Shown here: in pieces, positions 23,745-38,700 of the stretch
Position numbering within the stretch: the stretch's first letter is position 1
How the letters are laid out: each line of letters opens with the position of its first letter
Source: Oopsacas minuta
Taxonomy: Eukaryota; Animalia; Porifera
Assembly (NCBI GenBank): GCA_024704765.1
Contig: JAKMXF010000298.1
Span: 434,001-498,000 of the forward strand
Reading direction: 5' to 3'
Length of the DNA: 64,000 nucleotides
Made by a program: the position numbers and the translations under genes
The notes under the pieces: model-generated
Told to the model about the DNA's origin: nothing
The model's input: only the letters and a program-made list of their open reading frames with translations
Database searches by the model: none

Positions 23745-26700
23745 CTATCTCTTCTTAGAATGTTTCTTGAACTTTTTATCATTTCCAATTCTATTCAATT
23801 CTTTCAATGTTTCATCAGTATCAATATGTTTCCTCTTAGCAGAAGAGGGAATACTCACAATAGTTTGTTTCTTACCAGATCCTAATGCCATCTCCCAGTC
23901 CTGCTCAGCTCCTGTCACTGAGTACTGGGAGAGATCTGTGTGGAGAAATTCTTTAAGTTCACGTTCCTGTTGAACTCGTACTTCTCTATATAATTAAACA
24001 TACAGTAGACTCTGTTAGTACGTACTTTTCTCAAAAAACGAAAAATATCCGGATAAGACGTACTTCGGTAAGATTGTCGAATTTAAATTCAATATAATAT
24101 TAGCTAATAATAATAATTCTTACTTAGCAGCTTGTTGTAATTCCTGCTCAAGTGGCACTCCTTCTTCCCCAACTATAGACAATTCAGTATTCATTGTCCT
24201 GCTCACTGAAGGTAGGCTATCAGCTATACCAGATTCCTCTAGATCTTTAAAGAATTTAGAAAACTTCCTAATACTTCGTACAAATAATCCTAACAGCTGA
24301 GTAGCCGGTAGTTCCATCTCATTAGATATATCATCAGGAGACTTGTGTTGTAATCCCATGCCTAGAAGCACAGCACACTGTGCAAGAGATAATCTATAAA
24401 AGGAATGAAGGGGTAATATATAGCAGGGACTATGGATACTATGAATTAGATGGTATCCTCAAATTATACAAATTTTATGGTATCGCATTCGTAATTTATA
24501 AATCATTAAAACAATTCCAAATAAGAGGCAATATCTCTACAATGCGTAGGTAGTTAAGCGTTCCCTCTGTTAATAAATCGATGAGTTGTTATTTTTATGA
24601 AATAAGCCAGCAAATCTAAGACTAGCAAATTGAGTATTCTTAAGTTGATCCAATTTCATGATTCACAATTTATCGAATTAAATATAGAAAAAGAGACACA
24701 GCAATTGATCAAATATTTATAATTTCCAATATATCAAGGGATGCAGTTCATCAACATTAAAATATTAAATGGGGGCTGTAGATCAGAGATGGAACTACAA
24801 AAAAAGCTTTGAGATCAATACTGGGCGACCTTACTGTAGTATAGCCGGCGCATTAAAATCCTGTAAATAATTAGCTGATGCAAGGAAAAATCTATCAAAA
24901 AGTCGACCAACTGCATAACAATTGACAAAAGTCGATGAATTGCAAAGATTACTACACTCTATTATGAATAATTCAAGTTATAAAGATTCGGCCAATTATC
25001 AATTGAATAGTTAGGTAATATGAATAAATCACAAAATACCTGAAATTAGTTCTCTCAAGGAAATACAGTCTAGCTACATTAGGCAGCAAATCCACAATGA
25101 GATGATAATCAACCAAATGTCTCGCATATAAGTGAATTCTCTTCAAATCATACTTTGTGAAAAACACATACAGCTCAGATAATGTAATTATATTAGAATC
25201 TGTTGCTGTATTTTTAGATCCATTGTTAAGTTCATCCGTATTAGATACTTGCTGTCTTCTATTCCTATACAAAACGTTTAGAGCTAAGCTGACAGGAAAT
25301 TGTTTGAATTGGTAGGACAAGAGTTGTATGAATCTCCGTGTGAAATCTGTCCAGTAGGCTTCAAGCCATTCGGGAGTAGATTGAGGTGACGTAATGCCTT
25401 GTAGCATGACTACTGTGTGTTCTCCTGTTAACTCGTTTGGAGTCTGTCTCATGTAAACAGGGAGATAGTCTGCTCGCTTCCAGAACTTTAGGAGTGGTTC
25501 TGTTACTCCGTAGCTTACACCTAGTATAATATATTTATCAAAGGTACATTAGAATACGTTTAATAGGGTCAATTGACCTGAAGCAGAGCAATGGAAAAGT
25601 TTAATAACTAACTCCAGTTAAAATAACTGATGTCGAAGTGCCCTTATCAAACTTAGTCTATTATCGTATATTTATTTCATCTTGACAGGAAATGTAAAAT
25701 GTTTTAAAATTTAGAATAGAACCAAACGGAATCCATCAGCTAAAAGCATAAAAATTACACTAAAATTCTAACCTAAATAATCCAACTTCTCTGCTCTCCT
25801 CTCAGACAACTGCAGCAAGAGAGGAGGTAGATTCTGTCTAGGCTTAATCTGCTCAGAAATAAGTGTCTCCTTTTCATTAGGATCAATCTCCTTAACAGAT
25901 TGTATACTCCTATCCTCTTCTCCCTCCTCCCCATCAGTACATGGAATAAGACCTGAATAGTATTGTTTCAGTAGAGACAGAGCTCTACTACCATATCCCA
26001 TCCCCTGATAGTCAGGGTGTGTAGCAATACGTACTACACGAGCTCCTGATAAGTTGCAAAACTCAAAATCTTGGAATTGTTCAGATACAGTCCATGGAAT
26101 GAGATCGCCACTAGCTTTCATTCCTTTAGAGAGACCACTTTTCATGCGTGCTGAAGAAATAGCTCCTTCCAGACACACCTACATTGTGCCAATTGTTAAA
26201 AACAATCTAGTCTTATAACAGTCAGTAATTTTGGATCAATCGGAGCGCAGAGCACAATTTGCATATGATTTTGTAACTTGACTACACTCAAGTCGACTTG
26301 TTTGTTCAAGTTTAGTTATTTTTTGGTCGAGTTTGGCGTGCTAATTAGTCTGTTGCTTAATTTGCCCTATATGGAAACTTGACCAAAAAATGAGTGGTCG
26401 AGAAACCAGCTGGCCAAACTTCAATTGGCTCTCTCCTGATTGTGCTCAAAAGATTCAGCCTTGATAACATAATTTATATCATTATGGTATTACCTGCATA
26501 ACAACTAGTATCTCTGGTAGTGTAGCTTGATTTAGAGCAGTAGGTCCTAACAATACAAACACGTTATGAGCAGGAGCATCTGACATCAGCTGTAAGTCAT
26601 TGGGAGTATTCCTGTAGTGAGAACTGACATAGAGAGACATAACTCTATGAAGAAATTGCTCGGAAGCCTTATGGTAAGAGAAAAGAGTGTCTCTGTTCAC

Positions 26701-29700
26701 GAAATAGAGGTCACATTCTGATGGGGATGGACACCCAGAGAGGATGCGGGGAACCTTAAAAATAATAATTTCAAGGTTGCAACCGAATAGTTCAAAATTC
26801 TTTTACCAACAAATTGAAGCGAATATTGAACTATTTCCAATATCAGTATTCGGTTAGGCTGCTTTGTGGCCGTTCAAACGTTACGTAACCCAAAATTTCC
26901 TAAATTTTGACAACCCTCCCTGCGTCACGCGTATTCACAAAAAGCATTCGCCTGTCACACTTCGCATACCATCCCCTCCCCTTGTAGCGTTACATAACGT
27001 TTGAACGGGCCCTTTTCATGAATACTGATATTCGGTTCGAGCGGTTTCAACCTTGAAAATTTAGCATATTTCAGAATTATAGATTAACTCACACCTGTTT
27101 GGAAATTAATCACATATTAACACCTTTCCATGTAATTTCAAGATGATGCTAAAGATAAGGTTTCAACATGTTTGTGAATTGATTAAATAAGGTCAAATTG
27201 ATAAGTTCATTAAAATGCAACATAAGGTGATGTAGGCGTATCAGTTAACTAAATGATACTGAGGTATTGGGGAGTGAACTTCTCTACAAAGTTCATTAAT
27301 ACGATGGTAAGTACACACTAACATAGTGTAGACTAAATAGAATACTTTAAATCAAATTTGAATAACAAGTTAAGCTAATTAAACAAGCAGAGTACAAGCA
27401 TAGTAGGGTGTGTGTCATCTCCAGATGGTAGAATAATTCATAATGGCGAGGGTAGAAATGAATAATATACACATTAATTGTGTAGAGTAGGAAAAGAGAA
27501 TAGAACTTATTTTGGCAAATAGCTAGCATGTTAAGTGAATATTTGGATTATTCTCTTGAAAATATGTACATACTTCCTGTTCAGATTTGCCTATTTGTGG
27601 TTATGACCTCCATTATCCCGTATAATCGTAATTTTCACTCTTCACTCAGGTTTGCAATAATGCTTGTCGCATACAAACGACTAAGGGTTAGTAAATATAT
27701 TTTCCTTCAAAGTTCTGGTTCCTAATATACCCGAAATTTACCAATATCTCGAATTTGATTATATTTTGCGTTGAAGATGTTAAATGCTTACAAACGTATA
27801 TTCGAATATTAGTTTCAGCCTTAATTCGGTTTATCGCGACAATGCCTTTATTTCTATTATTTATGACAAGGATTACAAAGCTTTGTAATTATTAGTTTGC
27901 TCCAATATGTTAATACTTGTTAGCAATGCAAGTGATGATTACTATGCAAAGTTAAAATTTACTTAATTGTATTTGAATCAAGATAATCTTTTTAGAAAAT
28001 TGTCAATACTCAAAAGTAAAAAATCTATAATTACAATCTTTGCCAACAGAAAAGTATATTAATGGAACTTTTCAAAAGTAGCACTATTAATTGGAGACCT
28101 ATAATATGTAAAATTAACTCAATAGCCTCAAATACACAAATAGCTCCTCAAATAATTAATCCCACTTCAAATAAATTCAATAAACATGCTAAGCTGTCGG
28201 CAAGGATAGGATTATAGATTGTTTTCAATGAAAATTAGGAGTACGAATGTGGAATAGATATAAATCTGTCGGTAGCTTGGATGTGTGAGGCTTTGAGCTT
28301 TGAGAGGGCTACCTTTAAATACAAAATGAATATACACTTCATTAAATAAAACTGTTCATACAATACAGTATATATGTACATACAACATCAAAAGTTTTAA
28401 ATAATAAGGTAGAGACTGTGACTAACTATGACCAGGAGTACTAACAGATTCATATTCACAAGAATATGTCCTGAAGTAGTAAATTTCAAAGTCAATAATA
28501 CAAGTTATCTTGTTATTGGAGAAATCAGATTCAGGTACGTACTTTGAAGGATTCATGTCTAACTCTAGACGGTATAATCCTGGTGGAGTAGAAGTTACAT
28601 CTATCCATTGACAGTCTAAATACTCACTATACAAATCATAACAGTTAGGAGAGATACCCTGATTTCCAGTTCTACCATACCCGCATCTATGCGAGGCCAC
28701 GCCCCCCGGAAAACATCCACTATCCTCTAGACAGAAACTAGCCTTGTGCCCTTCTCCTACTGATACAAAGCCGTCAAATGATTTCAGAGAATAATCAACG
28801 AAATGTTCAATTGAGTGATAATGCCCGTGACATTGATGGTAATCCCACTGATCACTAGACACTGCAGGTCTAAAGTGATCAGATCCCAAATTATCACTCC
28901 GTGTGGAGAAGGTTAGAAGTGTCCGTCTGTCATATCTGTTGTCAGGATCTGCGTCTGGAGCCAAGCATCCGTCCTCTACAGCACATTTCTTATACCTTGT
29001 GTAGATTAAATTTGTAGAATGTGTATTGAATATGCCACCGAGTGATCTCAATAATATATCTATGTTAGGCACTAGATCAGGGAGAACTGAAGAACAACAT
29101 ACATAAGTATATTGTTGGGAAGGACAAGACACAGATATATTAAATTCCTGACTGTTACAACCATCAGTATAACAGCTACCTTTCTCGCAGGTATAGTTTC
29201 CTTGAGAAGAATATATGATGTCACTACGAGGAGCAGTACAACCAGAATTGGATAAATATTGTCCTTTAGCTTCTCTACACACTGTAGCTAGATTGTATTG
29301 AATACCAGTGTTATCCTCACAACAATGAGGAAACCATTCTTCTCCGTGTTTGAACTCAAGCAGGTTGCACTCACCTCCGAAACGGTTTCCATAAGGTAAA
29401 CTCACAGGTGTTTCTAACCGCACTTGCGGTTCTGGTGGTTCTGCTTCACACCTGAGCATAATATCAGTGTAGTGATATCTGCAGTAATGATCGTTAGTTG
29501 AAGTTATTACAGTGTGTGAACAGTCTGTTAATTTCTCTTCATTACCCTTACACGCAACATCACGTAGATTAATAGCACCATATCCTGCATTACGTAGATC
29601 TCGTGACGTATATCCTATAAACCTAAATCCTAACTGTCTACAGGCTACTATAGCTGATTGCCTTAAGAACCCGTGGTTACACACACTACCCCATTCATCA

Positions 29701-32700
29701 TCAATTTTAACCTCAAGTCTACCTTCCCAAGGCTTGACCTTACTCCTCAAACGGATCTCACTTTGTTCTAACTCGCCACACTCGAATTTAGCTTCACATG
29801 CACACTGTACGCTAAACACACCATACTCAGCTAGATGTGGAAAGGGACCCCATCCCCAATGAGAGCAATCTTTGAGCTCATTTTCTGAACCAGTGCAATA
29901 GGGTTTAGCTAACAAAATGGGCTCATAAATGTCAAGAAGATATTCGGGAGGAACAGGACCTAAGTATGTATAGTATCCTAACTGCTCGCATACAATTGAA
30001 CCTACTATTCTATCAACTCCTATACTTGATATAAACCCTTCTTCACCGTTATAAGAGATTTGTACAACTCCAGAGCAACGAGATTGGAGCTTAGGAATTT
30101 CTATATCAGGGGAGTCAGGAATATCTAATCCAGGGAGATAGAGCGAAACTGGTAGAGATTCAGGTTCATCGTAAGTCTTTTTGTAACAAGTCAAGGCTAG
30201 ATCTCTGCCATGATAATAGCCGTAATAATCTCTGCAAAATCTTGGCTTATCTTCACTTATAATACATTGTTTGAAAGAAGGTTCACTCCCACGACATTCT
30301 ATGTAACTCAATAGCATTGGTACATTATAAGGAGCTCGCGAACAAAAAAAGTTATTACTGTATTGAGAGTGACTATATCCCATTTCTCTACAAAGTAGAT
30401 CACCTGTATCTTTAGTCAAACGGTTACGACAAATTGTCCCCCACCTTCCGTTAAAGAATACTTCAACTCTTCCACTTACACTCCTCGAACTTTCCCTACA
30501 CCTATAATCCTGTACCAGACGTACATCAATATACCCCATTAACTGCTCATACGTGGGTGATATTAATGAATCGTATTGTGAGACGGATAATCTCAACAAC
30601 ACAGTTATGATAAACAAACAAGAAAGAAGAAACATATTAAATATAATATAATAATATTCAATAGATGATTTAAGTATTCAGACAGATAAGCATTCTTATA
30701 CATATATTATAGTTGAAATGTGGTCTCTCAGTGGTTTTGACTAACAAAATAATCGTCTAAGACAACTCAATGATTAACTAGTTCTCAAAGAAATGGAATG
30801 AAAGCGAAAGTTATATTTCAATTATTTTGTTAATTGTCAGGTTCGTTGAAAAACAATAAATAATTAATAATATGTAATTAGTGTAAGACAATAGGAGACA
30901 GCTGATATATACTTTTCATATACGAATAATTAACTAAGTAATTATTACAAATTAAACACAGTTTCCAGCTAATTAATTAATATATAATAATGATGGGCAA
31001 GATTCATACCCAGGACAAGAGGAACTTGCAATTGATATATTATTTAATGTTTATTGTTGCTTTGCCTGTATGTACGTATATCAGATCAGATCTTAGAAAA
31101 TAAGTTTTACAGAACACATATGTGATAGTATTGATGTAATAGTTTAAGAATATTGTACACTAGCTAGCTAAGAATAACTAACCTTGTTAACATCTAGACA
31201 TAATAGATCATGTAACCATTTCTCAACAAGATCTCCCACACCATATCTAATAGGTTCCTCTAGAGTAACTTCCTGTAGTAGTCTAGAGCTAGTCAGCTGG
31301 GGTTCATCTGTTAGAGGTACTGACTGCTGGATAGACTGCTTCTTCAGCTGATCTATCAGTTTCAATGACAAACTTCTACCAGTACCCTCGTAACTAATAA
31401 GATAAATATATTGTAGTGTTCCGCCTATCAAGCAATATTTGCAAAATAGCAACTTCTCGTATTAACAAGGGAAATTCGTGCAAATTCGAATTATATATAA
31501 TAAGTTAGCTCCAGTGTAATTTCTTGTTATTTGTCCTGTTTGGCCTTTGGGTAATGAGATCTAACGTGACCAAAAATTAAATAAATCATTGCGGCTACAG
31601 TAGCGTAAATCTATACTTTCAGGACGTGGAATAGGTGATATAATTATCAAATAACAAATTTGTATTATTTTCTGCTGGTACAGTGAACCGACAGTGTTTA
31701 TGATTTGAAATAGGTTCCGCAAAACACATTCGCCTGAATAATCCTACAATATACTAAACCCACAAATTTTTTATGTCCCAACGAGTGTCGGTTTGCGCAA
31801 GTTCGTCGGCTGTAATCTACGTGCATAGAAAAGAAGTACACAAAAGTGAATGACTAACAGTATTCGGTGTATTACTTTGCTATGATTATACATATTATAA
31901 GTTGGTGACGGATATTATAAATGTGCGCATGAAGATGATGGTAGCCCGGTTGGATCTGAACTTTTGCCCAAGTTCAAATTGATGGTCAATTATCGTATTT
32001 GTGACTCTATCAAATTCTAATAATATTCTTTATGTTCTGTTAGAATAGCAGAATTATCGTCTATTCTGCAAGAAATAAAGAACCAATAATATGCGTATTT
32101 ACCAATTTCAATTTCCTTCAGCAAAAGCAGGATTGACAAAAGACAGTAGAAGTTCTGGGCTGCTGGTAACAACTGTACGTCTCCAGCACTTACCCTAGAC
32201 TTAGAAGACTATTTCTTGGTTATGAAATAATTAGGAAAGATAAATATTTGAAATATTAAATTATTAATTCAATTTTATACTTTGCTAAATTCGAGGCAAG
32301 AAGTACCGAGTCCTATGTGAACACAAAGTGTTCACAAGTCGCGCAGCGTGAGCAAGCGAAGCGGTTCGTCTATTATATATATTGTTTCTCTCCTAAACAA
32401 CTCTAATTATTTGACGAATATATTCGTGTATCAAATTTACCATATAATTAATGTGGAATATCTTCTTTAATAAATAAGTTATATAAAATAATCAAAATGA
32501 GCAAATTAAATTATAGAGTTACACCTTAATGAAGAGATAAGAAATGACATCTGATTCCATTGCTCCAGGAATTACAGTTCATTAAATTATCCAATTAATA
32601 CTTGGGTAAACATACTTAATGTATTATATTACAATAATGTTTGTATAAGTACGAGTGAATAGGATTGTAGAAAATGTAATGTTATGTACTGGATTCGATC

Positions 32701-35700
32701 TTTTGAAGAGATATTTGTTAATAAGTAAAGGTTGTTTTGTTCATGGAATAAATGCCAAAAAATAGATATGTGAAAAGATCCATAAATTTGAACTCAATCT
32801 CGGAATAGTCAACTTTACTAAAATGAAAGGAAAAAACCCTTGTCAACAATTGAGAAATTATTTTAATATGTTCGGGAAATGACCTGGGTTAACAGTAGAG
32901 TGGAGTTATTTCCTATTCATGCAAGGAAATAGCCAAATTATTCCTAAGTATTGAAATTCCATTATATTATAAATTGCCAGTTTGATGTTAGTCTGTTAGT
33001 TACGATATATACATCTTCAAAAATTGGTTGAAAACTTTTGAATTTGGTTGTAGTTCTTGTTACTATATTTGTGTTGAAATCATAAAATAGTCTATAAGTT
33101 TCGTTTCAGTATTATTGTCAATACTATTTGGTGTAATGATATATATATGGGCAGGCAAAGAGAGTCACATCAAAAGTTATACGTATGTAGATTGTTTTAC
33201 ACACTATTGATATATATATAATGCTTATTATACGAAAAAATTTTTCTTCTAGAATTTCTTAAGTTCGATTTCTCGTACAGTTAAATATAATAGAGATTCT
33301 ACCCAATACTTACCCATTAACGGTAGAAGCCATGAATATCAAATACGGTCCCATCAACTTCCTAACCATTGGTAGAGGAATAGCAGCAGCTTCATCGATA
33401 ACGAGAAGCTCAGCATGAGATAGATAATGCGAATCATTCGGGTGGATGTACTGCACAATTTGACGATGTTCTCTGAACACGTTCAAGCGAGTCACTGCTC
33501 CTTTAAACTCTGGATTAGTAGACCGTAATATTTCATAATCAATATGCTCTTCATAGCCAAGAGCATCTAATCCTTTAAATAAGAACTCGAATAAAGTTCT
33601 CAAGTTTTCCGGAGATGGTGACGTCACGAAAATTGCTCCATACCTATTCATATAGAAATTGGTAATATTTTGAAATCTGATTGAATTAAGGCTCAGTGAA
33701 ATTAACGCGAATGAATATTTTTAAAGTCTTCAATTCTAAGTAAATAGTCCCCCTAAACTCAATTAATATGCTAGATGATAAACACATTTCTAGACTATCG
33801 AAATGACCTTCCCTGTTCATATCCCGCGTATATAGGATTCGTCTTGAAATCTATCCACATATTATACTGCGAAAATACACATACGAACGAACCCGAAAGC
33901 AATAGCCATTGATAAAGCTAGTCCCATACAGGCAGATTTCCCCCTCCCTCTAACTGCTGTAATAGATATAGTAGTACGTAAGGTCTTGTCAGATATTGAG
34001 TCAGCTAATTTGAGTAGTGTCTTAGACTGATCCAGAGTACAGCAGCATTTCAATACGTCGATCAGTGGTTTAGTATCAGAGAGTGAATCCTGTAAATATT
34101 AGAAAAGTACCATACTTGAGGAAAAAATCCCAAGAAAATTATTCCCACAGAAAGTATAATATTGTTTTGGGCAGTCCAACGTATATACTTCGATGCAACT
34201 GTTTTATGATAATAATATTGTTCAGGACTATTTCACATACTGAATTTCCCTGCCGGGGGCTAGAAAACACCACAAGACTTGCGAATAAATTTTATCGTCA
34301 CCCTCTAGACTAACTGTTTTTGATGAAATGTATGTCATATTTCACTATGGAATAAAATAGGAGAATTAGTTAGAAAACACATTTTTAGAAAATATTTAGA
34401 CGAAAAATGCCCAGTAAAATAAAATGCAACTGATCGCTTATTCGGAGGAATTCGGTGTTTCGAAATTCTATTTACTTTCAATTTTCCCAGTTCATCACTG
34501 GTAGCATTCACAACAGTAGGGAGTACTGTCAAATTCTTCATAGTTCTTGAAGATAACGGTAGAACATGGTATGTATCATCAAGAGCTAGGAACGCGTGAC
34601 AAGCTGTGAGGGAGAGTAGGAATCTCTCGTTGAATCTGCCGACAACATCTTGGTGACTGTCTGTACGATATCTAGCATGTACATCCATTGTAAGAGTGTA
34701 TAGCTGTTTTAAAGAATTAAGAGTTCTGAGTAGGATCACGATAAGACCACCTCCCTCTACCTATAATACAATATTGAATAGATATTATTATTGCTTAGAA
34801 CAGAAATAATGTATAGCTGGTGCAGGTTTCACAAAGTTTATAATCAAATAACAATCACATAGATACAAGCAGTAAACACAAATAATCAAAAAAACAAACA
34901 AACAAACAAACAAAATAAGCAATCAAATAAACAAATAAACAAACAAACATACAAATACACAAACATACAAAATGAACAAACGTGAATACATACAGTATTG
35001 CCTAGTTAATAGGTATACCTGGGGCAATTCGCACTCCTTAACCTGCCAGAACAGGAGTACGTATTGACAAAACAAACTCATATCAAAATACTTTTTAAAT
35101 AATTAGAATTCAAACTGGCTAACTACTCGGGATATGATAACTCTAGTGATGAAGAGGAGGTGCTGATAGATGACATCTACAGAGAGAAATACGACTGGAT
35201 GGAGAAATTACTCAAATTCGAGTATGAAGAGGCTATACGAGAAACAGCTAGCAACTTCCATGAGCTATACAGACGTATTGAGGAACAGGAACGTCTAGTG
35301 ATCACTAAGCTAGAGTTAGAGAGAGATGAAGCTATGGAATTGATACATAAACAGTATACTAAAGTTAAAAAGCTAGTCGAAACGAGAGCTACAATGATAA
35401 AGGACAATAGTATCATGTTAACTGACAAAGAAATTGACAAATGTACAAAGAACATGCTCAACGTCACAATGACGAAATTAACCTGGGATATGGAAACAAT
35501 AGAACCATTTCTAGAAAGTCTATGTCAAATAGAAGACGTTGAAAAATACACTACGCCATACTGGTCTAAAATAACGAGAGGAATGGAAGAGTATGAAATT
35601 GAGACACCTCGTGGCATGGCAATCGACCCATCAACTAACTACATATACATAGTTGATTCAGGAGATCACACTGATAGAGTACAAGTGTTTGATGACTACG

Positions 35701-38700
35701 GTGTATTCTTGCATACACTCTCTGACCCTGGTGAGATAAAATCTCCATTCGGTATATATCTACATGATGATACGATATACCTCACGTGTATGGACACGCC
35801 AACAGACGAGGATCAGACAAGTATTGCAAAGATGGATAAAGCTACAGGAATCATTGAGCTACTCAAAGAGACAGATGATCCAATCTATCATCCGTTTGTT
35901 GATAGCGAAAACGATCCTACTATTCTTATATACGGATGTGGTATGTACAATCATAGGCTACACGTTTTTGACACTTTTCTAAACACAACTGAAGAATCTC
36001 CAATCAACATGAATACCATTAATAACCATGATGAGATATTCGAACTAGAAGCACGTACAAAGGTGATGAGTTGTAAGGTATTTGATGGGGAAGTATTCCT
36101 GCTGCTAGCTTTCACAGAATTTCCAGTGCAAGTGTTCGATATGACAGGCATTCTACAGAAGAAACTCGTCGACAATAAAAAGCTTCTGGAGCCCTTCAGC
36201 TTCTGTTTTGATATATTCAATAATATGATCATAGCAGACAGAGGTCAAAATTGTGTGAATCTGTACAGCTCTGTCAGTGGAATATTTCTCAGAGAAATCG
36301 GTGAAGGAGCCGGGGCAGATATAGGTCAGTTCGTTGGACCAAAGGGGATCGTTATCGGTAGGAAACAGCAATACATTATTGTGGATAGCAAAGATATTTT
36401 CACGCTGCAAGCATTCTAAACTACGTTAATAATTAGACTGTAATTTGGGCCTTTGCGGAACAAGCAGCTAAAGCATGTTTTCTTGATTATTCATTTTGCT
36501 ACTTCTAATTTATTCATTTGCTACTTCTAATTTATTGTCAATGTGCATTTGTATAAGATTTGTAAATATTCCTTAAATTATGAAAATGTTAGTAACTGCG
36601 ATGTTTAAGAAGAAACTTGGGGTTGTTCATTCAAAAGTGCGGATTTTGTAATACATGTGGAATCTGGAAAGTAGGTCACCTGTATAGGAATGGCGGGAAA
36701 TTTGGTCGCCGAAGCATCCATGTCGGTATAAACACTAATTCAGGTTACATCCCCGCTCCAACCAACGCAAAAGTCCCTCAAAATGATCTGAAACTGCATC
36801 CAAACAGGTTTGGTAACTAATTCAGGGTAATCCCTATTACAACCTAGCAAGTCGAAGTAGTGCCTCAAAAGACCTGGAACAAGGACGATTTTTCTCGTGG
36901 AAATTCTACCTCGACCATCTTTCCTTCAACGCCTGTATAGAACATCTACATTGGTAAACGGACACTTAGGTGCATGGAAATTTTGTGTCACGATATTATA
37001 TTTCTGGCCAAACTTTTAACTGGAAATTATAATTATTACAAAATATCAAATTATATAAATAAAAGTAAACTAATGATAAACAGAAAATATTCTTCGTATT
37101 AGCCAAACAGATTAAAATATTCAAAAGCAAATAACTGGCATAGTTATAGGATATACGTCTGTACAAGAATGTGTTTACCAGACAGATTGGCAAATATATC
37201 CGTAATTATTCCATAACTTATATTGTATGTAACATATGATTGTGTTAATGTAAGGGAGATACTGTTGTTTGCATAAACAGATATTAGTTCCTATCAAATT
37301 CAGTACTAATTGAATGCAAAAATATTTATGACTGAATTTGATGGGAAATAATAAGGAATAATTAGAATTAGCTACATACAGTTGACTCCACTAGACAACT
37401 TTTTGGGAATCGCAATATACCCCCAGTAGTAGTCCAGCATATAATTACTTTCGCATCATTGTGACCCAATCAAGCAGAGTGGATTCTCTGTGACGCCTCC
37501 AGGAATGTTGAACAATCAGGGAAATCAAAATCTGTTCGAGATAGCGAATTTTCGAGTTAACGGATGCCAAATGGTACTAAAAGTACAACGAAGGGAGAAA
37601 ATATTCGTTGGATTTACCCAGCATTCAAGATAGCGAACGGTTTTTCTATATAAACCGAATAGTAAAACGAGGGGAAATGAAAATTCGTTTAAGATAGCGA
37701 ATGTTCGAGTTAGATGATATGGATTGTAATAGTAATTTTACTCTGTAATATGAAAATGCACTTGAAAAAATAAACTAATCGGGTAAAGCGTTGCAGGAAT
37801 ATGATTACTATAAGCTAGGGGCGGTCCCCGGATTTTGCATACATTGGGCTAGGATTTCAAATCCAGGGAAAATCTTATTAAATAATAGGCAGTGGTGGTT
37901 TGAGGATCTGTCAGACCCAGGGCAGGGTTTCAAATCCGGGGCAAATGCCCCTTTGCCTCCTAATTGATATGGACGGTCGCTTTCATATAATATTTCCCCG
38001 AGTGAAGTTTGCTATATAGTGATTTAACTCTTGTACGCATAATAACTCCTTGAGAGATGCTGGGCGAATTGTGGGGCCAGCCTGACGCTAATCCAGCGGT
38101 TCCCAACCATTTTCACAAGTGGACCCCAGGTTGGGAACCGCTGCGCTAATCCAATAAAGATTTGGCTCACCGATATGCCAATATAAACACTTAATACACT
38201 AGAACAACCATTAAGTAAATTACAATCCGAATTTAAACAATAGTATAGTATACTTTAACTTACAGTCTCAATGGTTCTAGCTAGGATATTAGGAGTTAGA
38301 GCTTCAAAATCTTGCAGAACACATGCTCCAAATGTGTTACCAAGAATCTTATGAGTCTCTGCATAATAACAATATCTTATATTAGTTGAAGATATGAACA
38401 ATTCCCAAGGATCTCCTTCTTTGGGATCAATTAGCCCGATACGAATCCTCTTTTGAAGTTCTTTCATTCGTTTCTTACGGTGAGTAGTAAATCCTAGATC
38501 TTTCTTGTAGCACCAGAGCAATGATGGTCTACCGTGAGCCTCGCTACGTGCACGAGCAAGCAGCTGTAGCAGGGGTACTATCAACTCGCGGCTTTTGTCA
38601 CCTACAATTAGGAAAATACTTCTGTGTTTATTAGCTACACCTTGTTCTATCAGCTGAGTGACTCTAGAGTCTAAACGGACTTTTGTATTAGACTGTGATG

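Noticed and set aside
31780-32220. Coding-like GC-richer patch in NAT10 intron 4
   Set aside because: All frames are broken by stops and I recognise no family; possibly a decayed transposase, but that is unsupported
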